This document shows, piece by piece, positions 35,901 through 47,058 of a stretch of 64,000 nt of DNA; position 1 is the stretch's first letter; each line of letters opens with the position of its first letter. A program made the position numbers and the translations under genes. Origin of the DNA: Amoebophrya sp. A120. Lineage: Eukaryota; Protista; Dinoflagellata. The notes below the pieces were generated by a model, which did no database searches, had not been told where the DNA came from, and saw only the letters and a list, made by a program, of their open reading frames with translations. Location: positions 7,249,612 to 7,313,611 of the forward strand of contig CAJINV010000003.1 in NCBI GenBank assembly GCA_905178155.1. Direction: 5' to 3'.

Positions 35901-36750
35901 GTCGCAGTCTGCGAAGAGGACAATTCATTGCCGTCTGTTGTCGTCTTATTCTTGGCATCGTCTTACTAGAGGACGAAAACATCCCCTGTCGCTGCTCAGA
36001 AAAACAGCCCCCGGCGTTTTCTTCACCAGCATCGTTCGGCAGAGCTTGTCTTCTTGTTTGCCCTATTGCTGCGGAGCTCGTGGTGATATTTCTCGTTTCT
36101 CTACTTGCACTTTTTCTTTTTGTTCGGGCACGAGATGAGAAATAATCGTCTGGTATCACTCTGTCGTGTGTACTGCCACTGGAAGATTCGATTCTCGACA
36201 AGACAGAGGCCTGTAATTTCATCGGTGTAGTCCCACCTTTCGCGGAGGAAGGAAACCGTGCATTCGCGCAACTCCTGGCTGGCTCATCATGGCGGCCAGC
36301 AGCAGGAAACATAGGTAAAACGCGCGCTCTCGGGGCGGCCGTTGGTCGCTCCATACCCGGAGGGAAGAGGAGCGGGTTCTTCACGAAACCAAACCGCTCG
36401 TCAGAGCAATCAGAATCAAAAGTCGAGATGTTGGCCTTCTGTCTTATTTTTTCTTTTCGGTCGCTGGATTTCGCGCTCGAAGTAAAGGACGACGAACTAC
36501 TGGAAGGCGTGCCTCGTCGGACAAGAAAGAGGCCGCTCTTCCATTTGTTCGACGTTGCCACCGTTCTTCCCGGGCGAAAATCCTTGATATATTGACCGCC
36601 AACAGAAGCACCAGGTTGTGGTTGCGTGGGATCTGGTGCGTCTTCTGTTTCCTCTTCCTCTCTTGAGGCTTCTGAAGTCGTACTACCGCTAGGTCGACCA
36701 GTACCCCGGAGCGACCTGCTTGCTGTTACATCCTCGTCGAGCACAAGCAT
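5376..36750 (-). CDS. Giant (~9,857 aa) fibrocystin-L/PKHD1L1-like single-pass membrane protein with MORN and PDZ-like cytosolic tail; exons 36750-12327, 12037-11079, 10742-10548, 10217-8319, 7850-6361, 5982-5376
   Basis: Six exons join in frame (29,574 nt = 9,858 codons including stop). Four introns are GT-AG (10743-11078, 10218-10547, 7851-8318, 5983-6360) and one is non-canonical (12038-12326). Junctions restore domains, e.g. CDYPGCP|GMFQFWLSDLDGTLTG and TSP1 ...HVKTM|VDLQYC. The start codon is uncertain (first ATG 36750; alternative ATG 35928 lies just before the hydrophobic segment). The last exon is the least certain; without it the protein ends at 6345. Confidence 0.8.
6361..7850 (-). 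CDS. Exon 5 of giant gene (end of TSP1, sushi/CCP, SEA-like, transmembrane helix, about five MORN repeats)
   Basis: TM helix VMIGGGAAIGVLVLFLFWYAI (6951-7013) followed by RGRHKK. MORN consensus repeated: YEGWMLNGRKHGAG, YVGQWRDGHMHGKG, FAGDFRDDDRHGRG, YDGQWVDGVMSGLG. Confidence 0.9.
8319..10217 (-). CDS. Exon 4 of giant gene (EGF/laminin-EGF repeats, start of TSP1 domain)
   Basis: Covers the 631-aa ORF. EGF motifs (CVNGGSC...CACVNGYVGDRC) and TSP1-type WTEC...CGPGVRYRPLEC. aatAG|GTC acceptor, ATG|GTATAA donor. Confidence 0.88.
10548..10742 (-). CDS. Exon 3 of giant gene (Ala/Gln-rich linker)
   Basis: tatcAG|GTC acceptor and CAG|GTACTG donor, both phase 0; 195 nt. Confidence 0.75.
11079..12037 (-). 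CDS. Exon 2 of giant gene (fibrocystin-L C-terminal-type region plus SEA-like domain)
   Basis: Open frame with LSDLDGTLTG and FRNSIATLLGIPLGRIKVVSVQAGSVNVNYE. Ends at GAG|GTATGAG donor. Confidence 0.85.
12034..12326 (-). mobile_element. Introner-like non-canonical intron (GTCC direct repeats, ~40-nt degenerate terminal inverted repeats)
   Basis: Minus strand GTCC-ATATGGAAAGAAAGCGAGTG...TGACTGCTGC ... GCAGCAGTCA...CAGTCGCTTTCCCTGCATA-GTCC. Removing 289 nt fuses the two ORFs in frame. The best registers are GT..TA or TC..AG, never GT..AG. Confidence 0.8.
12327..36750 (-). CDS. Exon 1 of giant gene: IPT/TIG repeats, PA14-like, laminin-type EGF clusters, Big_5-like Ig, PAN/apple, discoidin-like, two G8 domains each followed by a PbH1 beta-helix
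   Basis: 8174-codon open frame. TIG motifs (PKRGSLEGGLQLRITGDGF, PTSGSLAGGTEIEFTGFG, PRNGTARGNTLVTLSG). G8 starts (KWSDPANW..LPRRGD at ~18777; LWENPDTWPSGKVPEPNE at ~15315). Beta-helix text (GQGGQMGRYCTHFH, CAIHHSFMRGVVAHST). Many CxCxxGF/YxGxxC EGF repeats. Confidence 0.93.
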
Positions 36751-38959
36751 TGTAGTCACGTTACGGAAAAGCTGCGAGCTTGGTTTTTCACGTTGTCGCG
36801 CTTCTCCCACCACGAAACATAGCCACGTGACGAGTCAGGACGACTTCTATGCGGAAGTGCAACTCTCGTCGTGCTCGTATTATCGCCCGTGGCCTTATAG
36901 TGTGGTAATTTCACACAAGCTTGGCTAATACGTCGTCAGCGTCAAGCGGGGATGTAAATGATGTTGATGAACACTTCTTAAGCCTTTTTCACGATGAACT
37001 AGAGTCGGCGTTTTTCAAAGATGAGCCGGCACAATATAACAGGTCCACCCTTGAATGCTGGTCGTTTTGGCCGAAAACAACTGCCGCGGCTTCTTGCACT
37101 CGTGGTCCAATGGTTTCCCGGCAAGAAGATGTCCTCGGGGCTTTTCGGCAAACTTAATAGAAACCAGTTGCGCGTCCACTGGAGCAGCCAATAGATGCCT
37201 GTGCCCGCAAAAAATAGCTTACGATCACGTCAGAGGAGCTTCATTTGAAAAAAGACTCCACCGGCAACTGATTCTGTCATAGGAAGAAAAATACTCAGTC
37301 ATGCAGCAGGAGGGGCATCATTCTTTAGAGCATGTTTTGCGAGTAGAGATGCGTTTTCAAAAAAAACCAGCACAGGCACCATCAGCTCCTACATCTTCGC
37401 TTGGAAATGTAATGGAGGAAAAGTAGAAGTTGAAGTTTGGGTGCCTACCTCTCATTCACATGCTCAAGAACAAAAAAGGGGTGTGAGTGCTTTTGTGGGG
37501 GCAGCAGGGGTAATTAATGTGTTTTGAAAGTGGCTGGAAAATTAAATGGCAAGCTGATGATCAAACTATCCACGGTAGGAGTGGACAACAGACAATCAAG
37601 AAAAGATGATCGGCACAAAGAGTAGAACCGATCGACTTTAGCGTTGCTCTTTTGATTGGAGGGATAGTTGCAGCTTATATGTCCTAGACCACTCTCGCAC
37701 TCGCTCAGAAAACCTTGTTTTGAAAAATGCCGTTCACTCTTTGCCACACCCTCTCCAAATCACACACATCTCACAAAAAATACTTGTGAAAAAACAGAAA
37801 ATGACGTGAAAATCAAACAGATTTTTGCATGTTCGTTTTTTCTCATTGGTTTGCCTGGTGTGGGAAGATAGAAATAATCCGACTTTAGGACTCTCGCCAA
37901 TTTCACGACCGAGACATGATGCTGGAACCAGAGACAGAACACGATCATTACATGCATGCTGTACCTTCAGACAACCATTCCACCAACCCGCTAAAAATCT
38001 GTTTCTGTTGGTCAAAAGAGCTCAGAATGACCGATTGATTCTGGTGTTTTTGTCAGAGTCTAAGAAAGAATGAGCAAAAAACTATAAATATCGTATCTTC
38101 TAGAAATATTTGAGAAACCATAAATTCGGTCTCATCGAATTGGGAATATTGGTCAGTAGCTGCTTGCTCATGCACAGACACCCCAGATGGCTCAGGCAAC
38201 AATCAGACGATCCAACGAACGAAACTACCTAATAAAGCAAAGAGACAGAAACCAAAAAATTAACACAAACTTATTGATTCAGACGATTTAATGATCAGAA
38301 ATCTTGTATATACGCTATCTTTTAGCAGGAACCTGTACAACAGAAACAAAGTAGCACATTGGCCATGTGCATTGAAATTGATTTTTCAGCACCAATAATT
38401 GATACAAAAAAGGAAAGATTGAAAAGGCGTCCTCGGTCGTCGTCGTGAGTAACAAAATTGAACTTTTTCTTTTTGTGTCCGCCACAGAGTATGTAATCGA
38501 AAGAGACTACAGAGGACCACCTTTCAATGTAAGTTTATCTTTTTAAGTTTCGACAGACCCAAATAGCAATAAAACTGCATCAACTACCAATCAAATTATC
38601 TCCATGTATATCTAGTCGCAAAAATCAATACGCAGATAGATGAAAACTGATACGAAGAGAAAACAAAGGAAAAGGATCTCGAAAAAAAAGCGCCCTGCTG
38701 TATCCACCATGAAGAGTAGCAGAGGCGAGGGCGAGTCGCTGTCATATTTGTAAAATTGTATTATGAATAAATGTCATCAATACGAGCCAATCAATACTTT
38801 CAGTTCTACAACAAAAAACGCAAAATCCATCAACTTGTTCGAAAAAGTTCCGTATCCCACAAGACAATCGATATCGAATGAACGCGGTTGCTTACGTTGA
38901 ACAAACAGCGTTCCGACATTTCCGAATGAAGAGTGACTCTCGGTAAGCAAAAATGAAAA

Positions 38960-41900
38960 AGAGGAATCGACGCCATGAAGTAAGGCTCGCAAGCAAAGCC
39001 TTCTGATGTGCCGGACAGAAAGGCTAAAAAGTTTCTGGTCAACGTCGTCCTCGACGGCGACATAGTATACGGAATCGGCCATGGCCAAGGAACGCGAGCA
39101 GTCCGTTGCGAGGCTGTATTTCTCTTACTTAGCTTGCGGTAGGAGCGATAGTACGTAAATCGAGAAGTTGTTAGAAGCAAAACTCACAACAAGGCTGGTT
39201 CGGATTCAGATTCTTGAGGTTGTCGCGGCTTTCTGTAGTTTTCCCCATTTTGCATGGGGAACAAAACCAAACAAACCATGAAGCGGTCAACATACCACGT
39301 ATCGCTTTGTCATGAGAATGATACATACTACAGCCTCGTCCAGCAGGAGAGAAAGACCACCAGCGAAGCAAGAGTATCAACATCTGGATCTCGTGCGCCA
39401 CTTTCTAGCAAACCAAAGACTGGTAAACTAACCTTCCGATTCAAGATTTCCAAGAACCACGTGGCAGATTGAGATGGTACCATGAAAATAATTCCTCTAG
39501 ACTCTCCAATCACTCGAGGATCCTGGAGGTGGAGGCCCGCCGCCTCCGTTGAAATGCGAGTAATCCATGCTGGGAGAGGAGGAGCACGAGGATGTGGACC
39601 TGAAGAGCAGAAAATAAAAATGCGTGGTACCAGCATTCGTACTGAAGCAAATGCGTGTGACAATAAAGTGCAGCAACGTTCCTATTTGACTCTGCAGCTT
39701 CACGACACACACCCTCTCACGGATGAACTAGTAGTAAACCATACAATAGATTCTAGATCCTCTAGTTGTTTTTCATCTCTGTATATTGTGTTGATGTGGA
39801 CTTATTCATATAAGAGGCACAACTACCTCGAAAGTGGCATTGAGCTGCTCATCGGGGGTGCGAAGAGTGTTGGCGGAGCAGGGGGCGGCATTAGAATAGT
39901 CCCTGCTCCCGACGTCGTGGGCGGCGCATTTAATATTCCGCTGGACAAGGACGAGGGGTTCGAGGAGGTGGCGGCTCCAAGCAAGGTGGACAAGAGTCCA
40001 TTCGCGGTGGACGACGACGAGCAAGACGATGCTACGTTCGTGGTCGGCGGGGCGGGGATGAGTTCCAAACTCTTCCACAACTCATCCAGATCCGCTGAGG
40101 TTGACGCGGACGTGTCCCCGTGGTGATGCTGCGCTTGGTGATGCTCCATCGGAGGTGCCGCACGACAGGGCGAGGAACTCGCGACGGCGCCATGCGTTGA
40201 CATGCCGTCCCCAATGGCCCACTCATTCAACCAGTTTTTCCATTCCGACTCCGAGTACTGTAGTGCAATCATTTTTTAAATCGTTTTTGGACCTGGTGCT
40301 CTCTCCGGCCTTAGAGCTTACCAATCAATACTCAAAAGCGTCCAGCACTTGCTCTTATGCTCCCTCCTGTCACTACCGGCCATTCTTGGAAAAAAAAAAC
40401 GATGGATGCGCAAAGATTACCTCATCGTCCTTCCCACCGCCAGGCGCCATGCAGAGATCTTTATCCGCGCTCGAATGATTGGCATTCAGGTAGTCATTAC
40501 GCTTATGCAAACATCAAAAATCTGCGCTCGACGGATTCCAATCTTATGGCAACAGGCAACTTTCATTTCGCATGCCGTGATCATAGTGCTTCAGTGATGA
40601 CTTCCACAGGAGTTGCGTGCATGTATGAGGATCTTCGTCTTCAAAACTTTATACTTAAGGTTTAACTCTTTAGAAATACGTCGAGCTGAAAGCACGCGAT
40701 TCGACGCATACACATAGTCAGACATCCACGATGAGACACCATGACCACTATTCCCAGCACCAGAAACAGCTCCTGATAATAGTTCATCATTGCTGTACAG
40801 TCATGCCCGTGTAAGGCGAAGGCTGCATTAACGTATGTGCATTTTGAAGAGAAGTCCACGACGAGCCCATATAGACATTAATGCTGGCCTGGTGTCTCTC
40901 GTTTCTGGTTCTGCCCACAAAAACTACATAGACAGAGACAGAGTCACAGTGTGCAGCAAAAGCAATCGCGGTTTAGCCATATAAATGTAAATGGTACTAC
41001 AGCGTACCAGCAAGCGCGCTCCCGATGATCGCACTGGAGTTTCCACCCATCTGTCCGAACAGGTGGTGAGACTTGCCCTTCATCAACGAGGTCAGAATAT
41101 CCATGTTTTGCTGGTGTAAGCTCGAGGAAGATCCAGGTCCACCATGATTCGAGAACCCCGCACCAGGGAGTCCCACCGCTCCGGGTGCCACGCGATCGGC
41201 TGTTCCGGTGGCGCCAGGAGCTCGGGGGTTTCCAGTGCCGAAGTCCCCCTTTCCGCGATAGTTCTCACTGGTCGCGCCGTGCTCCATCATCTGATGTAAC
41301 GACGGGAAGGTGCTTTTCCCACTGGCCGGGTGTGAGAATGGCCCGGGGCGATTGCCGCTCCCGAGAAATTTTCCGTACTTTCCACCTCCTCCGCGGAGCG
41401 CGGCCTGATGAGCGGCCGCCGCCGCAGCGCCGCCGGCCCCGTAGCCAGAAGTACCGTTCGCGACGTTTTTCATCTGCCATGGGGGCTGCGCTTCAATTTG
41501 TTCCCGGTTTCCCTTGCTGTTGTAATGCAGGTATCCGATTTTCCCTTCGGCCGCAAGCTGGGACCACCGCTCTTCAGGATTGTACCGCGACCTTGGTGGC
41601 GGGCCCGTTTGGTAGTAGTGCATTCCGGGACCACTCAAGTTGTGTGCCCGAGTCGCTCCCGAGGGGCCGTTACTACCGCCGCCGTTGTAATGACCGTACC
41701 CCCCGTGACCGTGGTAGGTTCCGTAGCCGTAGCCGGCGCTGTGGTTGCCGCATATGCATTGCAAAGAAAGCATCGCACTCGTTTTGCATTACTACACTTA
41801 CTCAGGTGGTCTGTGCAGATTCAGGTCTGTCATGCAGCTGCACGTTAGATCATACGCAATTACTACGGCTACGATACTTCTGCACAGGATACCGTACGAC

Positions 41901-43697
41901 CCGTGTCGATTTTGGTACCAGGTCGCCCGCGCATCTTTGGTATGCGCGCCAGATCCGCTGTTCGCGGAACCACCAGTCGCATGAGCGGAGCCGTTCTGCT
42001 GATCAACTCCAGCGGGGCCGGGGGGCTTGCACACGCCGTTAGACGAAACGGCGGCTGTCGTGCCACTGCCGCGTCCAGCAGCCCCGGCGGATTTTTTGTT
42101 GGCGCCGCTTGCCGGTCCAGCTTCGGTGCTACTTCGTTTGTTCGTTCCACCAGCTGCTGCTGCGCCAACAACTCCATCAACCTTTGCTCCTCCAGTACTA
42201 TCCACCTCTCCTGCACTAGTACTAGTGCCAGGCTTCGTTGCCGTCGCTCCTGTTCCTGCACTCTCTGAGGTCGCTGTCGTGGTGCCATTATTGTTATCAT
42301 CACTTGTCAACACGCTCTCCGTATTGGGGGAGGACTCCGCCGTAGTGGTTGGAGATGTTCGGCTAGCGGCGCCTGGAAGCGGCTGCAGCAGTGGCGAAGA
42401 CGACGCGTTCGAAACGACGGAGGTTCCCGTTGTGTTTTTCGACCGCCGCGGGGGTGGTGGCAGGACCCCTGTGGACTGGATCAGCCTCGCGCGCTTACTC
42501 TGCGGCGATCGGGACTCCGGTGAAGCGGTTGGCCCGGCTGCAGGTGGACGCTGCACCGGGTATAGAAAGACACAAAACGTCCTATCACCTTTAATTATAT
42601 ATTCATGTCACTCTTCGTCTCTATATCTTTCTATGATTTTCACCCATGCCCATCATTTTCGAAAATTATAAAGATAAAGAAGAAGAACCGATTATAGAGC
42701 TGATACATGCAGGCGTTTCTTTGCTCTCAACATGCACTTGCACATGCTACATGCTCAGATCAAGAACAAAAGAATATTTGTTTTTCCTGAATCTGATAGT
42801 GATGGACTGTTTGCAGCTATTGTTTCACTTTCATACAACGGGCGGGGACTTCATCAGGTCCTCCACGGAGATATTCCCTGAAAATTAACCATCCCCATCC
42901 AATTTGTCATGCAAAACATGTAGTAAAAAGTGTGTTTGCCATGCAAAAAGTGGATGGGGATGGTTAATTTTCAGGCGATAGGAAATGAGGCCTCCTGCCC
43001 CCAGCGGAGGCGCGGTCTCACTGCTTGGCGCGAGGGCGGCGAGGGGAGCTGCGATTACAGCAGGTGCTGTAGGTTGCACAGCATTTATTTCGCCACTGCT
43101 GCTGACAGGAACAGTAGATGTCGCGGCACTTATAACCTTAGAAGGGGATGTTGTCGCGACGACTTCCTCCTCATGAACATTCTGCGCGACCAGATCATCT
43201 TCACTGCAAACACCTCCTTTTCTCGCCAGTGCACTATCAAACTCCGGCTGTCGTTCCCCATCTTCAACATCTGCTTCTCCTACACCGGGAACAGCTGCAC
43301 CAACATCGTGCGTTGACAAGGAGGGTTCATTTTCCAACGGTCGGTCCTGGTCCTCAGTAGCCGCGGAGCCGGCGACGTTGCTGTCTTCAGCCCAGTGAAG
43401 TTGCTCGTCTTCACACTTGTCGTTGTGGTCTACGACTTCCACAGGTTCATCATCACAGTCACGCAAATCTTGGGCCGACCCGTTCATCATGATGCTGGTG
43501 CTGTTTTCGTCACCGATATGGCTGTGGTCTAGGCACGTCGTACTCCCCGGCCCCACAGGTCCCGCCCCGACTGTGTTGGCAATCGCTGGTGAACCAATCT
43601 GCGCTCCTCGCTCTTTGTTTTGGAAAGGAAACATCACGAATCGCTTTTGCTCTTTCTTAAACTCGCGACGCGACGAGTGGTCACGTGCTCGCTCCAA
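38960..43697 (-). CDS. Multi-exon, largely low-complexity (Gly/Ser/Thr/Ala, Gly-Tyr-His) protein of unknown function; ends approximate
   Basis: ORFs 42885-43697, 41798-42556, 40997-41773 and 39823-40272 are colinear. The first three can be joined in frame through a mini-exon ISVEDLMKSPP. A GAG|GTAATC..cAG|TAC junction leads into YSESEWKNWLNEW. Linkage below 41000 is uncertain. Confidence 0.55.
41748..41894 (-). mobile_element. Candidate introner-like intron (CGG direct repeats, degenerate inverted repeats)
   Basis: Minus strand CGG-TATCCTGTGCAGAAGTATCGTAG ... GTGCGATGCTTTCTTTGCAATGCATATG-CGG. A 144-nt removal joins the same-frame ORFs to give GSYGNHSAGYGYG. A canonical TC|GTACGG..CACAG|C alternative also exists. 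Confidence 0.55.
42867..42985 (-). mobile_element. MITE/introner-like hairpin intron with a perfect 25-bp inverted repeat
   Basis: cctgaaaattaaccatccccatcca (42877-42901) is the exact reverse complement of 42951-42975. Flanked by ggaga/ggaaa near-direct repeats. Contains the in-frame stop of ORF 42885-43697. Confidence 0.85.
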
Positions 43698-43721
43698 AGG
43701 ACCGCAAATGCAAAAATAAAA

Positions 43722-45305
43722 TTACAACGCATAGTCTTCCTTATCCATGAAATCAGTCGGGAAAACGATGGTTGAAGTAAGTTGCTCTCGCTTGTTCTCG
43801 AGAAGCACCGCTGGCCGCTCTGACAACCACGCGCACTTTGGGCCTATGTGTTATTGACGATACATCATCGATCAGTGAGCTAAGAAAGCGAACTAAGCTT
43901 ATTCATCGCGGCTTTATTCATTACCATATGGGCATCCGCCACCTGTCATAATGAGTGGATGATTCAGTCATTCATCATCGTGAAGATTTTGTCCTTAGTT
44001 AAAGATTTATCCGCATGCTGATTATATCGATCTTCCTATTTCCATCATCTCCACAGCGATACACACGTCATTCATCAAGTACCCCACAGTTGTCGTCAAG
44101 TAGGTCTACTGCACTTTCTCTTTGGACGAAAAAAAAAAACAAAGAACAACCTTTTTTCAATTCATAGCCTCTGTGAAGTTGCAACTTCAGTTCCGATTAA
44201 GTACCTTCGGTACTCGGCGTTCCATGGATTTCCGCCCGCCCCTCAAACAGGTCATTCTTATGCTTGCAATGAAGTATCCTGTCAAAATCCGACCGAGCCC
44301 CATCGACACTTGCTACTCTCGTCTTGCTGTGTGTTCACTTTTTTCTTCAGAGCCGTTGTCTCTTTCGCGCATGCATGTGCATCTACATTCGTTTCTCATC
44401 CATAAGACTGAAAATTTAGTTTTTGTCGGTCATGCTTATGAGCAAGAAGTTCGTTGGACTCACATGCAGAACTCGCTCTGGATACCGAAGAGGTCGCTGT
44501 TGGTAGAATCCAGTTCCGGAGACGTGCCACTGGTGATGCTACTGTAAAAGTAATCGTTTCAGAAAAAATAAAAACTGTTTCAAATACCATCACGAAGATC
44601 GTCGTGACCGTGAGTTCATCAATAATGCTAGCATGTGCATGGCCGGGTGGCCGGGTTGCCGCGAAACAAAGCGGTTGCTCTAGGTGCTCTTCTGTGTCTT
44701 TATACAAGCACTTTGCGAACAGAATAAGAAAAATTGCAACGAGTATAATCAAATGCACTCTGTCTTCGCCGTTTCGCAGCTACTGGGGTCTTCGTTCACT
44801 GCAAATACCAACCCATCCACGGCCGAAGGGAAAGGGTTGCGCTTCTTACCTGGAATGCGACGAAGTATTTCGTAGAAGAAGTATATTTTCGCGCTCGAAA
44901 GTTCGCACCTAGGTATCGGCTTCTTGTTGTCCCGTTCATATCATGACAAAAATGTTCATCATGTAGTAATTGTTCCCTTTTCTTTTTCAATTTCTGCAAA
45001 GTACCGATATTACTTTCGCATGAACGAAGCATTTACTACAGCTACTGCTACACTACGTGTTATTGAATAAGTAAATCACTAAGAGTACTGGATGAGAGCT
45101 CTTCCAACATCAAGGAGTGGAGATTCTTCGAATTTGATAGCGACTCGAATGAAAAGGTTCGCTTGGCGCAAGTGCGTCCACCTCCCCGTTTTGGCTGTTG
45201 CTGAGTACCTCCACACGATGAAGACCCGTTCATCGACAAGGCTTGTCGCGATGAAGACCAAGACGCCGTAATGGAGATGTCTGCAAACAGACAACTGCCC
45301 GCACT
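43722..45305 (-). CDS. Possible small-exon gene of unknown function
   Basis: Short GC-richer segments with AG/GT borders translate openly (CGQLSVCRHLHYGVLVF, SITSGTSPELDSTNSDLFG, VDGARSDFDRILHCKH, PKCAWLSERPAVLLEN..DYAL*). Full splicing was not resolved. Confidence 0.3.
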
Positions 45306-47058
45306 ACATCGACCAAGCGAGGCATTTGTATGCATTGCAAATATGTCTGGGTCTGGAAAGATGCAAACTTAGGATGCGGGCTCTGGAACAAGGAAAGATG
45401 ATGAAAATCTGTGTTCCTGCATTAGAGTCAATAGAAAAAGAAGTGCGATTTTTGTCCTCTCCAGATGCAGACTGACTAAACGCGGCAAAGCCTCCGCAGA
45501 ACATAATCTCATGCTCTGTGAGGGAAGCCAGACATTCTTCCAGATGCAGAAACGGCAGGAAAAGTGTCTACTTCCTTCCACACGCAGACATCCTTGCGGT
45601 TAATAACTTGTCGAGTCTGCCAATCTTGGCCTTTCTCGTAAGAAGTATGTCCACGTCGATCACAATTTCAGCCAGGCTCCCGTCGTTGCTTCCGAAGATC
45701 GGTCAACGAGGTCTGGGCGCCTTGGTCGCGATGTCTCTCAAAACATGGATGCTCGAGGCTTGTCGGTGCCTATGCTGCCGTTCGCCAGGCAAGCACGAAG
45801 AAGACAATAGAGAAAGACCACGGATAACGACAGGAAATGGAAAGATGACCAACCAGGATTTCCTGCGTATCTTTTCCGTTATTTCAATTGAGGAAAGCGG
45901 TGTTGGATATACTTTTACTTTGTTTCACTCGTCGTCGTCCTTAAGTTGCTCTCACTCCATAATGTACTCAAACTGGAAGAAAAGAGCGCGATAGTATTGG
46001 TTTTTGCCTAGAAGCAGCACACACAGGACTAGTCTGCAATGACACACAGACAGGCCGAGCGGGATGGAAATCAATGTTAACCGAAGTTGATGAAGGTTGC
46101 CTACGAAACATACATCAAAATATACAAAGAAAGACCGCGCTCCTGTCGGAGGTGGGAACACTCGGGTTCGGATTCGGGACGAAGCTAGCGTGCGAATTAC
46201 TACGCACTGCAACTTTGACGCACACCAACGCGTATACAGGATTAGCGTGTTTGCGATCTCTGATCTTCTTGCTCTTTGTGTGAGCCAAGCCGCAAAGCCA
46301 AAGTCAGTAGTACTGTAAAAAATTAGAGTCCGAAAAGATAAACAAGTGAATGTGAAGTTTTGTTCTTCAACACTAAATTACAACGAGAGTATCTTACTAG
46401 CAGTCTTTCATGGCAAGTGAAAGGAGTCGGGCTTGCTTCTGGTTCATGCCCTTCTCAATCCACTTGTTGCACAAAATACTGACGACATTCATCTTTCTTG
46501 CGCTCCACCTTGATGTTTGTAGCTTGTTTCTGCAGTGGCTGCACTTCTTTTTCGCCTAGAAGTAGATCACTGGTCGCGGATCTTCCTGCTAGAAGAGAGA
46601 AGAAGTTCATTTTTCGGCGCGGAAGCTCGACACATCACATTCAGCCTGTCGGTGTAAAATATCTTCTGGCTCTGGCGACAATATCTAGTGACTCTTATAT
46701 ATTCTTTTCGAATGGTGCGGTACATAGATAGGTCTGCTTTTGATCTGGCCGTAGCTGCTGTTCTTTCCAAGCGAGTTAAAACCGGATCTCAATACACCCC
46801 GCTCGGGCTTGATCTTGTTCTTCCTCGCCTGGAAACTATCAAAAATCACGCTGCTCTCTCTGTCTCTTTAGTGACTAGGTTATATTTTCTTTATATTTTC
46901 TGAGGTTTCATCCTTTCTTATTTGTTTTTGTATTTGTTTGAAGTAGTCAAAAGGAATTTTATTAGAAGGTGTTAATGTCCTTACAACGAAACTAACGATT
47001 GATGCTTCAACATTTACTTTGCGAGTGGTATTATACGCAACACTCACAATAAGTCGAG

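Noticed and set aside
40210-40260. YSESEWKNWL resembling the end of a Plus3 domain
   Set aside because: Too short; upstream exons show no supporting similarity.
41721-41734. CCGTAGCC match to the start of the dinoflagellate spliced leader
   Set aside because: It is the antisense of GGC TAC GG (Gly-Tyr-Gly) codons and lacks ATTTTGGCTCAAG. I saw no SL relic by eye.
45560-45780. GC-rich minus-strand segment with a TGA in each frame, suggesting stop-codon reassignment or selenocysteine
   Set aside because: The 8,000-codon exon and NME7 read through with the standard code and use TGG for Trp. No homology or SECIS evidence.
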